From contig QBUL01000189.1 of NCBI GenBank assembly GCA_013180605.1, forward strand, positions 2,483 through 66,482: a stretch of 64,000 nucleotides of DNA. The letters run 5' to 3'. This document shows positions 38,481 through 49,439 of the stretch, piece after piece (the stretch's first letter is position 1; every line of letters begins with the position of its first letter). Origin of the DNA: Candidatus Methanophagaceae archaeon GoMg1 (GTDB lineage Archaea; Halobacteriota; Syntropharchaeia; Alkanophagales; Methanospirareceae). The notes under the pieces were generated by a model. It had not been told where the DNA came from. It saw nothing but the letters and a program-made list of their open reading frames with translations, and searched no databases. The translations under genes were made by a program, and so were the position numbers.

Positions 38481-39434
38481 CTAGGTTGGTGGTAATTTTT
38501 TTAACGACTGTTCTGCAAGCTCATATGGAATCGTTGTTATTGGGAAGCCCCATCGCTCGAGATCCACACCCGTCACATATCCCCCCCTATCTAAGTATAC
38601 CGCAATCGAATACTTCGTCTCCGTCTGCCCATACAGTATCTCATTGGTCCATTTGGCTGCCCATTCCTCATCCACAAATGTAAACTTATAGCGGATTTTA
38701 CTGACGTCGATCGGCTCAGTTATCATTTGCTGGTATTCTTCTGCACTTACTCCTGTTAACTGTACTTTTTCAGGCACTCCATCCGCAGTAAACACATAAT
38801 CCGCCGCAACTGCTGGATTCTGCACAAATTTCCCAATACTAACACTGACGTTCGTTAGCACTATTGAAGCTGGTAATGACAAGACCAAACTTCCATCCAC
38901 TGAAACCGTTGGTAACGTCAGCGTTGCCTCCGAAGGGCCACCAAAAGGCGACATAATCGACGTTATTCCACCTGGACTATAATCTATGTTTTGTGTAGTA
39001 GTCGCTATATCTCCCCCAATGTTAGTAGATACATTCACCTTCTTTGACGGATTTGCATTGTTTGCTGTAAAGATGGCATACCCGTAATATCCGCTGCTGT
39101 CCCAAAGATCAACCCTTGCTATTTCTTCACCGCCAGTAGTAGGCGCCACTGCACCAAATCCCGCTGGTATAGTTATTGTTAGCGAGATAAATCCAGTTGT
39201 ATTCACTACTACGCTGTATGCATCTACCGCACCTGCCCAACCTGTATCTGGCGTTATCGTAAAAGAAGTAACGTTCGCCGCGGCAACTGATATAAACGCA
39301 GTCATCACCAAGCTCACCAGCATCGCTGTCAACACGACAGTCGGCAATTTTTTACTCTTCTTTCGCGCTTCCCCCTTTCCGCTTTCTTTTTTCATCCTTT
39401 TCATCATCTTTTTTTCACCTCCTATAAATACCAC
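38481..39434 (-). CDS. Secreted/membrane-anchored hypothetical protein (Lys-rich N-terminus, one TM, Thr/Gly-rich ectodomain)
   Basis: ORF with 'KKLPTVVLTAMLVSLVMTAFISVAAA' signal/anchor. No recognisable domain. Start codon uncertain (several Met). Confidence 0.4.
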   Translation of the reverse strand: MVFIGGEKKMMKRMKKESGKGEARKKSKKLPTVVLTAMLVSLVMTAFISVAAANVTSFTITPDTGWAGAVDAYSVVVNTTGFISLTITIPAGFGAVAPTTGGEEIARVDLWDSSGYYGYAIFTANNANPSKKVNVSTNIGGDIATTTQNIDYSPGGITSIMSPFGGPSEATLTLPTVSVDGSLVLSLPASIVLTNVSVSIGKFVQNPAVAADYVFTADGVPEKVQLTGVSAEEYQQMITEPIDVSKIRYKFTFVDEEWAAKWTNEILYGQTETKYSIAVYLDRGGYVTGVDLERWGFPITTIPYELAEQSLKKLPPT

Positions 39435-39521
39435 ATGTTGATGTCCTATATAAGCTTTTCGGTGTAAATGAGCTCACTCTTTTTAAGAAGATTTCTCCCT
39501 TCTCCCTTCGGAAATCGCAAA

Positions 39522-40112
39522 TCAATGCGCAAATTCCTGCCTTTCAACTCTCTTCCAGAAAAATACCAGCGCAGTAAGGGTGCTAACAGCGGCGATGAAA
39601 ACCACCTGCGTTGCGGCACCACCTTCCAAATTCAGCATTCCTCCTCCAAGAAGAAGCGCTATGACAAGCAAAGAAAAACTGAGAAGTGCAGCAAAAATGC
39701 CTCTCCTTGCGTTATCCCTTGAAAACTCATAAAAGAGGGTAATCAATACCGCGCAAACAAATACTTCCCTTACAAACCAACCAATAACAAAAGCGCTAAT
39801 GATAAAGATAAAGGGTATTTTTATTTTAGCGAAACTTGTTTTTTCTTCCCTTAACCTTAATCCTGAATCGAGTAATAATAACGATGGCGTTATGACGCTC
39901 AGCACCGTAATTAAATCCAATTCATACAAGTTCGCTACCTTAAATTCGTAACCAATAGCCAGAGCATAAACAAAGAACACCAAGAGAAATATATCCTTCT
40001 TATTCTTAAATTTTGATACGTAAATTAGTGGGAGCAACAGCAAAGGCATTTTCAATCCCGCTATCAGTCCTCCTATTGCCGCAGCAATCACTGCTATTAT
40101 CATCGCTATCAT
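39522..40112 (-). CDS. Membrane protein of unknown function, last gene of the MoxR operon (start overlaps the DUF58 gene's stop by 4 bp)
   Basis: 5-6 hydrophobic helices; ATGA overlap at 40109-40112. Confidence 0.45.
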   Translation of the reverse strand: MIAMIIAVIAAAIGGLIAGLKMPLLLLPLIYVSKFKNKKDIFLLVFFVYALAIGYEFKVANLYELDLITVLSVITPSLLLLDSGLRLREEKTSFAKIKIPFIFIISAFVIGWFVREVFVCAVLITLFYEFSRDNARRGIFAALLSFSLLVIALLLGGGMLNLEGGAATQVVFIAAVSTLTALVFFWKRVERQEFAH

Positions 40113-41437
40113 TCTAATGCGCCGCTCCTTCTAATCGTTTCCAAAAGGTCCGAAGGTCCCAAATCGAAAGTAGGAACTATTCCATTCAGTCTTTTTATAA
40201 CCTCTTCTCTTTCCTTATATCTCCCGTAAAGCCATATAAGTGCTTCCCTGTCCAGTCTCGCCTCGTCGTAAAACAAAATGGGATTAGGCGTCAGGAGCAG
40301 TATTTTATACCCTTTTCTCAATTCCAATAAAATCTTTGTCAGTTCGCTCGTATTCGCAGTGATGTCAGAAATAAAAATCAAAAAAGCCGTGGATGGAAGA
40401 GAGCTTATCGCCTCTATCAGTCCGGTAGCGGAACTCCTTCTCCCCTTTATCGCTGGCAATATCTTCTTAATAAACTTCCTGCTTTCTTCTTTTAATTTCA
40501 ACTTCTTCTCCTGTAAGGGCAACTTTATCCCCATAAGATTTGTAGGTATAGTTCCTATCTTCAGCGATGCTGCTATCTTCTCCACCTGCTCAGCACCTTT
40601 AGTTCTCGCTGCTTCTACCCTCTTAACCCCGTAATCATCATATACTATCAATCCTGCCCGGCAGTTTCTTAAAGCATAAGTGAGTTGAAGCGTCAGAGTA
40701 GTTGCAAAATCTATCTTTGAGCTCTTTATCCCCTTTCTCATCTCTTTACCCGCATCCAAAACTATATATATATCCCCCTCCGTTTCCTTCAAGAAATCCT
40801 TAACTATCAATTCTCCAAGCCTCGTTGTCGCCTTCCAGTCAATATGTCGTCGCTCATCGCCGGGCTGGAACTCCCTCAGCGAATCAAATTCCACCGTCTG
40901 TAAACCAAAGAAGGTTTGATACACTTCGGTGAACTTGTGCGTCTGTTCCGCTTCGGTCTCCTCTTTTATTCTGTCTAAGTTCGGGTACACCTCAACCTCT
41001 TTCTCTGACTTCGAATCAGGCATAAAATCCTCGCAATAAAATTCCCGTAAATCCTTTGCTCTTATCCTGGGACCCTTTATTTTAAATATTCCCCTCACGG
41101 GTGTAATAAAATATTCCACCTCCTTTACCTCACGGGCACTCAAAAACAGCGAAGCCTTGTCGGCTTTAAATCCTGCCGGTAAATTCTCTAAAACTTCTAT
41201 TTTCGATTTCTTATTGCTGAGATTCTTCACTCTCAGCCTCGTTTTTACTCGCGCCCCATCCTTCAACTTCCTATCTATCGCTCTCTCCGATTCTATCCGG
41301 GGTGAAAACTCCACACGAAGATATATTAAATAGAGTAAAATCGGTGCTGCAAGCAAAGCAGGGAAAACATTTCTGAAGAAATATCCCTGCACGAAAAGCA
41401 AGAAAACCAGAAGCAACAAAATATCTTCTCTCTTCAT
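40109..41437 (-). CDS. DUF58-family protein (vWA-like, MoxR-associated), N-terminal TM
   Basis: Position directly downstream of MoxR; the length and 'FQPGDERRHIDWKATTRLGELIVKDF' motif are typical of DUF58. Confidence 0.65.
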   Translation of the reverse strand: MKREDILLLLVFLLFVQGYFFRNVFPALLAAPILLYLIYLRVEFSPRIESERAIDRKLKDGARVKTRLRVKNLSNKKSKIEVLENLPAGFKADKASLFLSAREVKEVEYFITPVRGIFKIKGPRIRAKDLREFYCEDFMPDSKSEKEVEVYPNLDRIKEETEAEQTHKFTEVYQTFFGLQTVEFDSLREFQPGDERRHIDWKATTRLGELIVKDFLKETEGDIYIVLDAGKEMRKGIKSSKIDFATTLTLQLTYALRNCRAGLIVYDDYGVKRVEAARTKGAEQVEKIAASLKIGTIPTNLMGIKLPLQEKKLKLKEESRKFIKKILPAIKGRRSSATGLIEAISSLPSTAFLIFISDITANTSELTKILLELRKGYKILLLTPNPILFYDEARLDREALIWLYGRYKEREEVIKRLNGIVPTFDLGPSDLLETIRRSGALE

Positions 41438-41498
41438 ATAACCACCTGATTACACAGATTTTCACAAGATTCCTTTTTTTCCTCCAAACTATACATTT

Positions 41499-42452
41499 TT
41501 ATTTCACAACCTCTACCTCATCTAAAATCTCTGTAACCAAATACACACTATTAAAACCGTCTATTGCATGCTCTGCCTTTAATATTATTCGATGGCTCAT
41601 TACGTACGGTGCCAATTCTTTTATATCATCGGGTATGACATATTCTCTTCCTCTCAGGAAGGCTAATGATTTAGAAGCGAATAATAAGTGTTCAGAAGCC
41701 CTCGGGCTCGCACCCAACAAAACACGTTCATCATTTCTCGTCCTCGACGAAATCTCGTATATATAATCGAGAATAGCTTCGCTTACTTTAACCTCTTTCG
41801 CATCCTTCATTAACGAAAGAACATCTTTGCCATCCATTATTTCCGCAACGCTATTGAAATCCCCCATCTCCTTCCTTCTTAGTAAAAGCAGTTCATTATC
41901 CCTGTCGAGGTATTCAATCGGGACTTTTATCATGAATCTATCGAGCTGAGCTTCGGGTAAATTGTAAACACCCTCGATTTCAACAGGATTCATGGTTGCT
42001 ATTGTGAGGAAAGGTTTCGGCAGAGAAAAAGTAGCTCCTTCTATCGTAACTTGCTGCTCTTGCATCGCTTCGAGCAATGCTGATTGAGTCTTTGGTGTCG
42101 CTCTGTTTATTTCGTCAGCTAAGATGATATTCGCGAATATCGGTCCCTTCCTCACACCGAATTCCATCTCTTTCTGGTCATAAAACACACTACCTATGAT
42201 GTCCGCAGGCATCAAGTCAGGAGTTAATTGAATGCGGAAAAAAGATAAGCCGATAGCCTTTGTGAAAGCCTTGGCAATCGTCGTCTTTGCAACTCCTGGG
42301 ATTCCTTCAAGTAGGATGTGCCCGCCGGAAAGCATAGCAACTGCCAGCAGTTCTATTACATCTTCCATCCCTACAACTACATTACTGACCTCCTCTTTTA
42401 TCCTTTCTATAAATTCCCTTCCTCCTCTTCCCTCGTTCATATCCTTCACCAA
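41499..42452 (-). CDS. moxR: MoxR-family AAA+ ATPase
   Basis: 'HILLEGIPGVAKTTIAKAF', 'ILADEINRATPKTQSALLEAMQEQQVTI', 'TMNPVEIEGVYNLPEAQLDRFM'. True start is probably the internal Met (~42440), given the 71-bp overlap with the upstream gene. Confidence 0.9.
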   Translation of the reverse strand: MVKDMNEGRGGREFIERIKEEVSNVVVGMEDVIELLAVAMLSGGHILLEGIPGVAKTTIAKAFTKAIGLSFFRIQLTPDLMPADIIGSVFYDQKEMEFGVRKGPIFANIILADEINRATPKTQSALLEAMQEQQVTIEGATFSLPKPFLTIATMNPVEIEGVYNLPEAQLDRFMIKVPIEYLDRDNELLLLRRKEMGDFNSVAEIMDGKDVLSLMKDAKEVKVSEAILDYIYEISSRTRNDERVLLGASPRASEHLLFASKSLAFLRGREYVIPDDIKELAPYVMSHRIILKAEHAIDGFNSVYLVTEILDEVEVVK

Positions 42453-43446
42453 ATTTTGACCCTGTCTTTATTTCATTAATTATTCTTTTAAGTATTTTTT
42501 TATCTATTCCTTCAGGTAACCCTTCAAATATATCCCCCCCTCTCCGTGCAGGTATTAATCCCCCGATAGACTGAGCAATTGCCCTCGCAATCCCGCTTTC
42601 TATAAAAATCATTAACGCCGCAACGAAAGCAAAAACCTGGAGTGCTTTTACCCTGTCAAGTTCCCGGTGTATGTAAACAGTGGTGATTGAATATGGATTG
42701 AAGTCAGAATGGTGAGCGTCATCGAAATAGAAGAGGTCGGAGCCGAGATAACCCACGAGATTATCTATAAATTTCCTGTTTTCCGTAGCCATATCGTTTA
42801 TTAAAATGTCAGGGTCTGAGAGCAAGATTACTCTTCCCGCACCGTATCTTGTTTCTGCCAGAATAGGATAACTCCTCCTGTTTTTTCCTTCACCTACTAC
42901 GCTGACTTTTGAAGAGAAGACCTCTTCTTCACCTTCTAATTCTGTAATAACCGATGGTATATTCAAAACGAGCTTTTCAACACCGTAAGAGAGCTGTGGG
43001 TCCTCTATTCTTGCAACTGCCGGGAAATCCGCTTTTTTACAGTAGAATATATCCCCCAAGGGTTTATCAGAAAACTTCCCTTTTACTCCTAATCCCTCCA
43101 AAAGTGAATTCGCGAGTCCGAAATCATCGGCGATAAAAAGTGTCCCGCCTTTTTCAAGGAAACTCCTTACTTCTTCTATCTCAAGCGATGAGAACCCCAC
43201 ATCCGGACCCACAATAATTACAGCACCTTTTTCCTTAAAGTCAATGGAATTGTAAGGATACAAAACAGGAACGAGTTTACCCCTGTCAAATAAAACCTTT
43301 GCAAACTCTGAACAGCCATTCCAGTTCGTGTTGAACATGCTAAAATCCGCAGATGTTTTTATCATCGGGACAGCGAGCGGAACAATAAGCAAGAAAATGC
43401 CCGCGAAGACCAAAAAAGCATACAACCATCTCATCTCTTCTTTCAC
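42382..43446 (-). CDS. DUF4350-like, N-terminally anchored protein of the MoxR operon
   Basis: Signal/anchor followed by 'GAVIIVGPDVGFS…GGTLFIADDFG', as in DUF4350 (from memory). Confidence 0.5.
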   Translation of the reverse strand: MKEEMRWLYAFLVFAGIFLLIVPLAVPMIKTSADFSMFNTNWNGCSEFAKVLFDRGKLVPVLYPYNSIDFKEKGAVIIVGPDVGFSSLEIEEVRSFLEKGGTLFIADDFGLANSLLEGLGVKGKFSDKPLGDIFYCKKADFPAVARIEDPQLSYGVEKLVLNIPSVITELEGEEEVFSSKVSVVGEGKNRRSYPILAETRYGAGRVILLSDPDILINDMATENRKFIDNLVGYLGSDLFYFDDAHHSDFNPYSITTVYIHRELDRVKALQVFAFVAALMIFIESGIARAIAQSIGGLIPARRGGDIFEGLPEGIDKKILKRIINEIKTGSKFGEGYERGKRRKGIYRKDKRGGQ

Positions 43447-45785
43447 CCCTTAAAATATCTTAAAATTTCTTCTATCCCTTTGAAATAACTCTCTTCCTCT
43501 CCATCCATAGGCTCTCTATTCCCATAAACTGCTTTTTCGTATATTTCAGTTACTCCCTCAAGCATATTCGCAAAAGGTTCTTTTTTCTTTTTTATTAGTT
43601 CTAAGAGCTCTCTCGGCGTAAAGCTCTTTTTAAAACTATATTTGTCAACAATAGTATCGAACAGCAATTTGTAAGCCCCTTCAAGATCAACGCCTTCCAG
43701 GATATTCACTTCAGAAACTTCTTCATATCGCTCTTTTTCTTTTTCCACTTCTTCTTCCGCTACGTCTATTCTAAGATTTTCAATAGTCTTATTTTGCTCC
43801 GTCCTTTTTTTCTGCATTAAAGCACGGAATTTGTTCTTGCTCTTGCTAAAAGCGTGAAATTTGCCTTTAAAAACACGAGCATAAATGACTGTAAGGATTG
43901 AAGCTATTGGAGCAAAGGTTTTCTCTATGAAAACATGCATTTTTCCCCTTAAAGTGTGAATTTTGTCTTTTAAAGTGCGTGTATACAAGCTTGCAAAGAG
44001 CGAAGCCATTGGAGTTAGGATTTTCTCCTTGAAAACATGGAGTTTACTTCTCAAAGCGTGCATCTTTACTTTTGGAGCCCGAGAATGGAGGCGTGTGAAG
44101 GAAAAACCTGCTGGAATATGAAGCCTTTCCCCTGAAGCGTGCAGCTTTCTCTTTAAAGTGCGGGCATACAAACCTGCAAAGAATGAAATAATTGCAACGA
44201 AGATAAGCAATAAATAAAAAAATATGTTAAATTCCCGGGAAATGTTTATTATTTCTTCTACTCTCTTGTCACCAACAATTTCTACCTTCTTAGTAACAGT
44301 AATCTTTATCACATTCGATTTCGCAGGTTTATACACAGAATCACCGGGGAAAAAGGCATATACTTCGTATGTCCCGGGACTTGAAAAAGACAAAGAGAAA
44401 TTAAAATCTTTCTCTGCTGTGAGCTTTTTCACTCTTGTGCCGTTAACATATATGATGAGTGGGACAGTATAGTTTGGGTTTATGCCATGAACGGAACCAG
44501 TGAAGTTTACCGTTTCATTAACATTGACGTGCGTCTCATCTGCCTCGATATGAAGCGATACTGAAAATCTCGAGAAGAAAATAGATATGTTTGCACTGCG
44601 CTTGCTCTTATAAGTATTGTTTCCCGGGTAGACGGCAGATACATTTAGATGCCCTTCAGAACTTCTTGTGCCATCGAACACGAAACTTCCGCTTCTATCC
44701 GTTGTTAACTCAGTTTCTTCATCTCCTGCTTTAACTGTCACGTTTGCTCCGTGCAAAGGCAGGTTATAATAATCTACAAGAAGCCCGGTTATTTTTACTC
44801 GTTCATTCACCAAAGCTGCATATTTTGACGAAAGGACAATGAAAGTGGGTATTTTGCTTACATAAACTTTTACGATGTTAGATGTTATGTTTTCTCCATC
44901 ACCTTTCATTCCTTCTGCATAAATCTCGTGCTCTCCAGACTCTTCAAAACTATGTTTCTTCGTTTGTTCTCCTGTTTGATTTTTTAGTTCATAGGTGGCG
45001 TTGCCAATAACCAATGAAAGAGAGGAGACATTCTTTGCATACACATGTATCGTTATCTCTTCATATAGAAATGGATACCCGTCTGAGACCACAACCACGA
45101 GTAAGTACTCCTCAAACGCAGGAGCTTCAAATTCGTACTTCTCAAGTAACTTTTCGTAATACTCTATAAGCGCATAAACGTCTTTTAGCTTGTCTCTCAG
45201 GTCTGGAACGTTAAAAAGAAGCATTGAGGTTTCATTCCACAGTTCTATCCGCTCAACTCCATCTAAAGAACAATTTATTTCATCGGCTCCTGTCCTCATG
45301 TTTACAACCGCAGTTCTTGCTCTCACGTAAGCCTCGTAATCACTTTCGTTCTTTAGAATCTCGTAGTTCGTGAGGAAAACCACTTGAAAAAATGTTATTT
45401 TTTTGGTTCCGCCGGATAGAGAGCAGAAAGGGCTTAACACTGATGACACGTTGCTTTCAATACCCTTAGCAGCATAGAACCTGCTTTCTTCTTCTGTAAG
45501 TTTGATTTCGGATTCAAGAGAAGATGCGAACTTATCGGCATCTGGACTTTCCTCAAGAAATTTATCCATACAGTTCCCAGCTTCTTCGAGGATGTCAGAG
45601 AAAAAAGAGTGGATGCCTTCGTCACTTGAACTCGCCTCAGAATAAATTTGATGTCTAACCCCGCCAGCGCTAACAGGGGAAAGGAACATCAATACTAAGA
45701 TGAGCAGGGTTAAGACAGTTATTTTCCGTTTCCTTTTCTCAGCCATTGCTCTTGTTTGCATATTCGTAAAATAAAGATAAAACAA
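43443..45785 (-). CDS. Large DUF4129-like membrane protein with extracellular Ig-like repeats, one TM, and a cytoplasmic region containing four tandem ~33-aa repeats
   Basis: Signal peptide; beta-rich ectodomain; TM 'IFFYLLLIFVAIISFFAGLY'. Repeats of 'LY(A/T)RTLK(R/D)K(L/I)H…K(M/L)HVF(K/I)EK' encoded by ~100-bp DNA tandem repeats at 43830-44200. C-terminal 'TPRELLELIKK…EIYEKAVYGNREP' is DUF4129-like. Confidence 0.5.
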   Translation of the reverse strand: MFYLYFTNMQTRAMAEKRKRKITVLTLLILVLMFLSPVSAGGVRHQIYSEASSSDEGIHSFFSDILEEAGNCMDKFLEESPDADKFASSLESEIKLTEEESRFYAAKGIESNVSSVLSPFCSLSGGTKKITFFQVVFLTNYEILKNESDYEAYVRARTAVVNMRTGADEINCSLDGVERIELWNETSMLLFNVPDLRDKLKDVYALIEYYEKLLEKYEFEAPAFEEYLLVVVVSDGYPFLYEEITIHVYAKNVSSLSLVIGNATYELKNQTGEQTKKHSFEESGEHEIYAEGMKGDGENITSNIVKVYVSKIPTFIVLSSKYAALVNERVKITGLLVDYYNLPLHGANVTVKAGDEETELTTDRSGSFVFDGTRSSEGHLNVSAVYPGNNTYKSKRSANISIFFSRFSVSLHIEADETHVNVNETVNFTGSVHGINPNYTVPLIIYVNGTRVKKLTAEKDFNFSLSFSSPGTYEVYAFFPGDSVYKPAKSNVIKITVTKKVEIVGDKRVEEIINISREFNIFFYLLLIFVAIISFFAGLYARTLKRKLHASGERLHIPAGFSFTRLHSRAPKVKMHALRSKLHVFKEKILTPMASLFASLYTRTLKDKIHTLRGKMHVFIEKTFAPIASILTVIYARVFKGKFHAFSKSKNKFRALMQKKRTEQNKTIENLRIDVAEEEVEKEKERYEEVSEVNILEGVDLEGAYKLLFDTIVDKYSFKKSFTPRELLELIKKKKEPFANMLEGVTEIYEKAVYGNREPMDGEEESYFKGIEEILRYFKG

Positions 45786-45837
45786 AGGATATATTAAATT
45801 AAAAGTTTTGCTGCTGATAAATAAGTGTTAAACTAAC

Positions 45838-46593
45838 ATGAAGAAAGGCAAATATATCGCTGGGGGCGTGTTGATAGCAATTGGTGCAGTGTTCGCATTC
45901 AAAGGCGCTATGGAAGGGGATCAGAGCGTGATAAATGTTGGAATAGGGGGCATATTTTTGGGTATTATTGTTCTTACTTTTTCAACCTCGGATTACGTCA
46001 AGTACGATGCTTTTAAAGCAATGGTTTTGCCATACTTTCAGCTATGCAAAGGTCTTATCAACTCATTAGAATTGAAAAGCAAAGCGGTTTATATCCCTGC
46101 TTATGGCAATTTGCCTGAAGGCGGAATTTTTATACCCTTGCATGATAATTTTGACCTCGACCTTGCTAAACTTGACGAAAACTCGTTTTTTATCACTGAT
46201 GTCGGAAGGGAGAAGGAAATGGGTTTGTTCTTAGCGCCCCTTGGGAAAGACCTGATGAAGATGTATGAAGAGTATTCCGAGATGGACTTCACAAATGCTG
46301 GATTACACGCTGTTGAGAATGCATCCGTGGTTTTGAAATCGCTTGGTCTCGCAGCGAACGTAGTTGTGGAAGAAAAAGAAGAGGAAATCAGGGTGCTCGT
46401 AGGAGGTGTGAAGACAAAAATATGCTCGAAAACATGTGAACAGGTTGCTTGTCCAATTTGCAGCTCTGTTCTTCTTTCAATTGCTAAGAGTTTACAGGAA
46501 TTAATAGTGGTAGAAAGTTTTAAAATTGAAATTGAGCACGGATATGTGGAAATCACTGTGAGGAGAATAGGAGGGATTAATAAATGGATGTAG
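45838..46593 (+). CDS. Hypothetical N-terminally anchored protein with a C-terminal CxxC…CPxC cluster
   Basis: ORF with two TM helices; 'CSKTCEQVACPICSS'. Confidence 0.35.
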   Translation: MKKGKYIAGGVLIAIGAVFAFKGAMEGDQSVINVGIGGIFLGIIVLTFSTSDYVKYDAFKAMVLPYFQLCKGLINSLELKSKAVYIPAYGNLPEGGIFIPLHDNFDLDLAKLDENSFFITDVGREKEMGLFLAPLGKDLMKMYEEYSEMDFTNAGLHAVENASVVLKSLGLAANVVVEEKEEEIRVLVGGVKTKICSKTCEQVACPICSSVLLSIAKSLQELIVVESFKIEIEHGYVEITVRRIGGINKWM

Positions 46594-47061
46594 AAGATAT
46601 AATAGTTCTGATTATATCGGCTTGGGCAGTTCTTTCTTTCTCACTGATACCGAGGGTTGAAGTCTATCTTACGCTATTGCTTATAGGGCTCTTAGTGGTT
46701 ATGGAAGTTGCAGGTAGTTTTATAAATCCTGAGATAAGAAAAGGGCTAAAACCTGCTATATACTTTATCCTTTTCATTTTTTTGATAATTATAGCGAAGA
46801 AGGTTATGGAAGTTCTGAGTTAAATTCATGTGCGATCTAATTTTAATTTAATTGATTCTTTTTGTTGCGACTCTTTTCGGCGTACTTCACGTTGGGAACC
46901 TCGCTCTTTGGGATTGCGTGCTTGCTTTTTCTATCGGATTCATCTTTTCAATAGTGCGAAAAAAAAAGGGGTCTATATACGGAATAAGCATTTCGCACGG
47001 TATTATAAACACCATTTTGTTCTTGATTGCACCTGCAATTGCAATTACAATTTTTCCATAA
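46584..47061 (+). pseudogene. Possible split CPBP (CAAX/Abi) intramembrane protease: two small ORFs in different frames
   Basis: The second ORF has 'FGVLH' (FxxxH) and 'HGIIN' (HxxxN) motifs. The first has only a weak EExxxR candidate ('NPEIRKG'). Confidence 0.3.
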
Positions 47062-47279
47062 CTTTCAAGAAATTTGAAACTCACTATATTTCTTTTTGGG
47101 ATTCAGAATCTCCCCCTTCAGGGGAAACGAGAATTTTGGAACTACTTAGCAAGTTCTTCCAATTTCCCGGGGGGTATTTATTGACTCAAGCGTCTTCCTA
47201 AACTTCTTAGAACATGACTTTCGGCTATAAATAATCCTGCGACGGAGTAAACTGTATAATATTTGAGTCCATAGTCCAA

Positions 47280-48783
47280 ATATAGTGACAATAATGAACC
47301 AAGCTAATCGCTTAGCAGAGATTTTACGAATCATGAAAGAAGTGGAAAACTCTTCGCTATCGGTCAGTCGGTATTTTAAGGAGAAATATGCGCCTTTTGG
47401 ATATGTGCAATATTACACCTACAAGAAGGCGCTGAGGGAAAGAGGCGTAGAAGGCTTATAATGACCAAAGAAGCAAAGGCAATCATTTAAAATTTACGAA
47501 AGAGATACGGGATTTTGTGAAGGGTTTGCTCAAATATAATCGGACTATGACCCCCTTGGATGTCCAAAATGCGATCAAAAGGCGGGTTCACTTCTGAATA
47601 TAATAACTTGCCTCAGGTGAGAGAATCGAGATTCACGCCATTAGAAGAGAATTGAAATACCTTCAGGTGTCCAATGAACTGATAGAAGTGACGGCAAAGT
47701 TCTGGATTGACTTCCGGAGCCGCAGGAATAAGTCGGACACCATTTTCGCATGCTATTATATCGGTGGTAACACTAAAGCGCTGTGGTCATCGAAGTCGTG
47801 TCACAAAGGTAAGGTCACGATGCTGGGCAGGGTAATGAACTGCCTGGAGCAGGTGTTCGTCCACGATGGTCAGGGACATCCCCTGTACTTTCAGACGTTC
47901 AATGGCCATGCGGATCTTGGAAAGAACGCATTGAGGATGATGGATACGATAAGTGAATATCTCAAGAATACCACCACCTTAAATCAATTCAACGTGAACA
48001 GGATTTTGATAATGGATGCTGGGGGTAATAGCGTTAAGACGCTGTGTGAGCTGTCAGATTCTGGCTACTACTTCATAACGATGCTGGATTCCAACCAGTC
48101 CAATGAGAGGAAGGTCAAGTCCGTATCAGGGGAGAAGAGATACGACTATGGGGATGCGCATCTGGTGGATTGCACCGTGGAGCTGGAGGATTCCAACGAG
48201 AAAGGTTACATCTTCGAGACAAGGGCGGTGCAAGTCAATTGGGACAATGGTAGAACGTCCGTTCTCATCACAAGCGTGCCTGAGGCGATATTTTCCATGG
48301 ATAATGTCGTGAAGTCATATTTTGACCGACGGCACGCGCAGGAATTGGATTTCAATGATATGAAGGGCAGTGTCAATCTACATCGAGGGTGTGGGTTATG
48401 GTAAGAAATTGGTGGACAATAAAAAGGCTGAACTCGCAAGGATCATTGATAAGAAGAAGATATACCGTGTGGATGTGGAGTTGGACCAGATAATGACCTG
48501 TTTCAGGATTTCATTCGCGGATATCTGCGCTTATCTGCTGGATGAATGCTTCAATGGCGAGAAAATGACTTTACATCTGCTTTTTGAGACCATATTTGAG
48601 CTTCGTGGTAAAGCGAGGGTCGAGGGCGATCAACGAAATATATTTATAGAGAGAAATCCAAAACAGAGATATATTATGAGGAAGTCAGAATCGGCATTTG
48701 ATGTTATCAATCGTATGGAGGTAGAAGATATAAATGGATGCAGGTATAATTTCAAACTTGTTCAATTTAATGTGTCGCTATAA
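47280..48783 (+). pseudogene. Fragmented DDE transposase (IS4/IS1634-like), three ORF pieces in different frames
   Basis: 'ILIMDAGGNSVKTL' is an acidic-residue-containing core. Pieces at 47280-47450, 47652-48404 and 48370-48783 are separated by stops and frameshifts. Confidence 0.45.
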
Positions 48784-48869
48784 TCTAAATGGCCGAAAGT
48801 CATGTATAATAAATAACTCAACTATTATTTATGTATAAAAAAAACCTCTTCTTTTAGAAAAAACGTTTT

Positions 48870-49439
48870 TTGCAAGCAAAAATGAGAACAGCAAGTGTAA
48901 AAAGGAAGACAAAAGAAACGAATATTGAGGTGGAATTGAACCTTGACGGTACGGGAACGCACGAAATAAGCACCGGGATAAAATTCTTTGACCACATGCT
49001 CGCAACGTTTTCAAGGCATGGGTCTTTTGACCTCGTTGTGCACGCAACGGGTGACTTGAGCCACCACGTCATAGAAGACACCGGGATTGTGTTGGGTGAA
49101 GCGTTAAAAAAAGCAATCGGCGGAGAACCTGAAGAAAGGGAAAAGACCGTGAGGTTTGGCTATGCAGTTATACCGATGGACGAATCCCTTGCAAGATGCG
49201 CATTGGACATCGGTGGTATAGGCGGTGGAAGGAGTTATACGGTGTTCGAGGTGGAGCTTGGTAAAGAACGAGTAGAGGATGTTAACACTGAGAACATACC
49301 GCATTTCTTTTACTCGCTCGCTACGCACGCAAACTTCACCGTTCACGTGTATGCAACGGGCGAGAACGAACACCACAAAATAGAAGCGATTTTTAAAGCC
49401 TTGGGTGTTGCATTGAGCAAGGCAACAAGGATAAAATGA
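48870..49439 (+). CDS. hisB: Imidazoleglycerol-phosphate dehydratase
   Basis: 'KTKETNIEVELNLDGTG', 'FFDHMLATFSRHGSFDLVVHATGD', 'HHVIEDTGIVLGEAL'. Confidence 0.9.
   Translation: MQAKMRTASVKRKTKETNIEVELNLDGTGTHEISTGIKFFDHMLATFSRHGSFDLVVHATGDLSHHVIEDTGIVLGEALKKAIGGEPEEREKTVRFGYAVIPMDESLARCALDIGGIGGGRSYTVFEVELGKERVEDVNTENIPHFFYSLATHANFTVHVYATGENEHHKIEAIFKALGVALSKATRIK

Noticed and set aside
41440-41470. Treating 'GGTTATATG' at the DUF58 start as a TATA box
   Set aside because: It overlaps the start codon itself, and the gene is internal to a tightly coupled operon. More likely coincidence within the short repeat.
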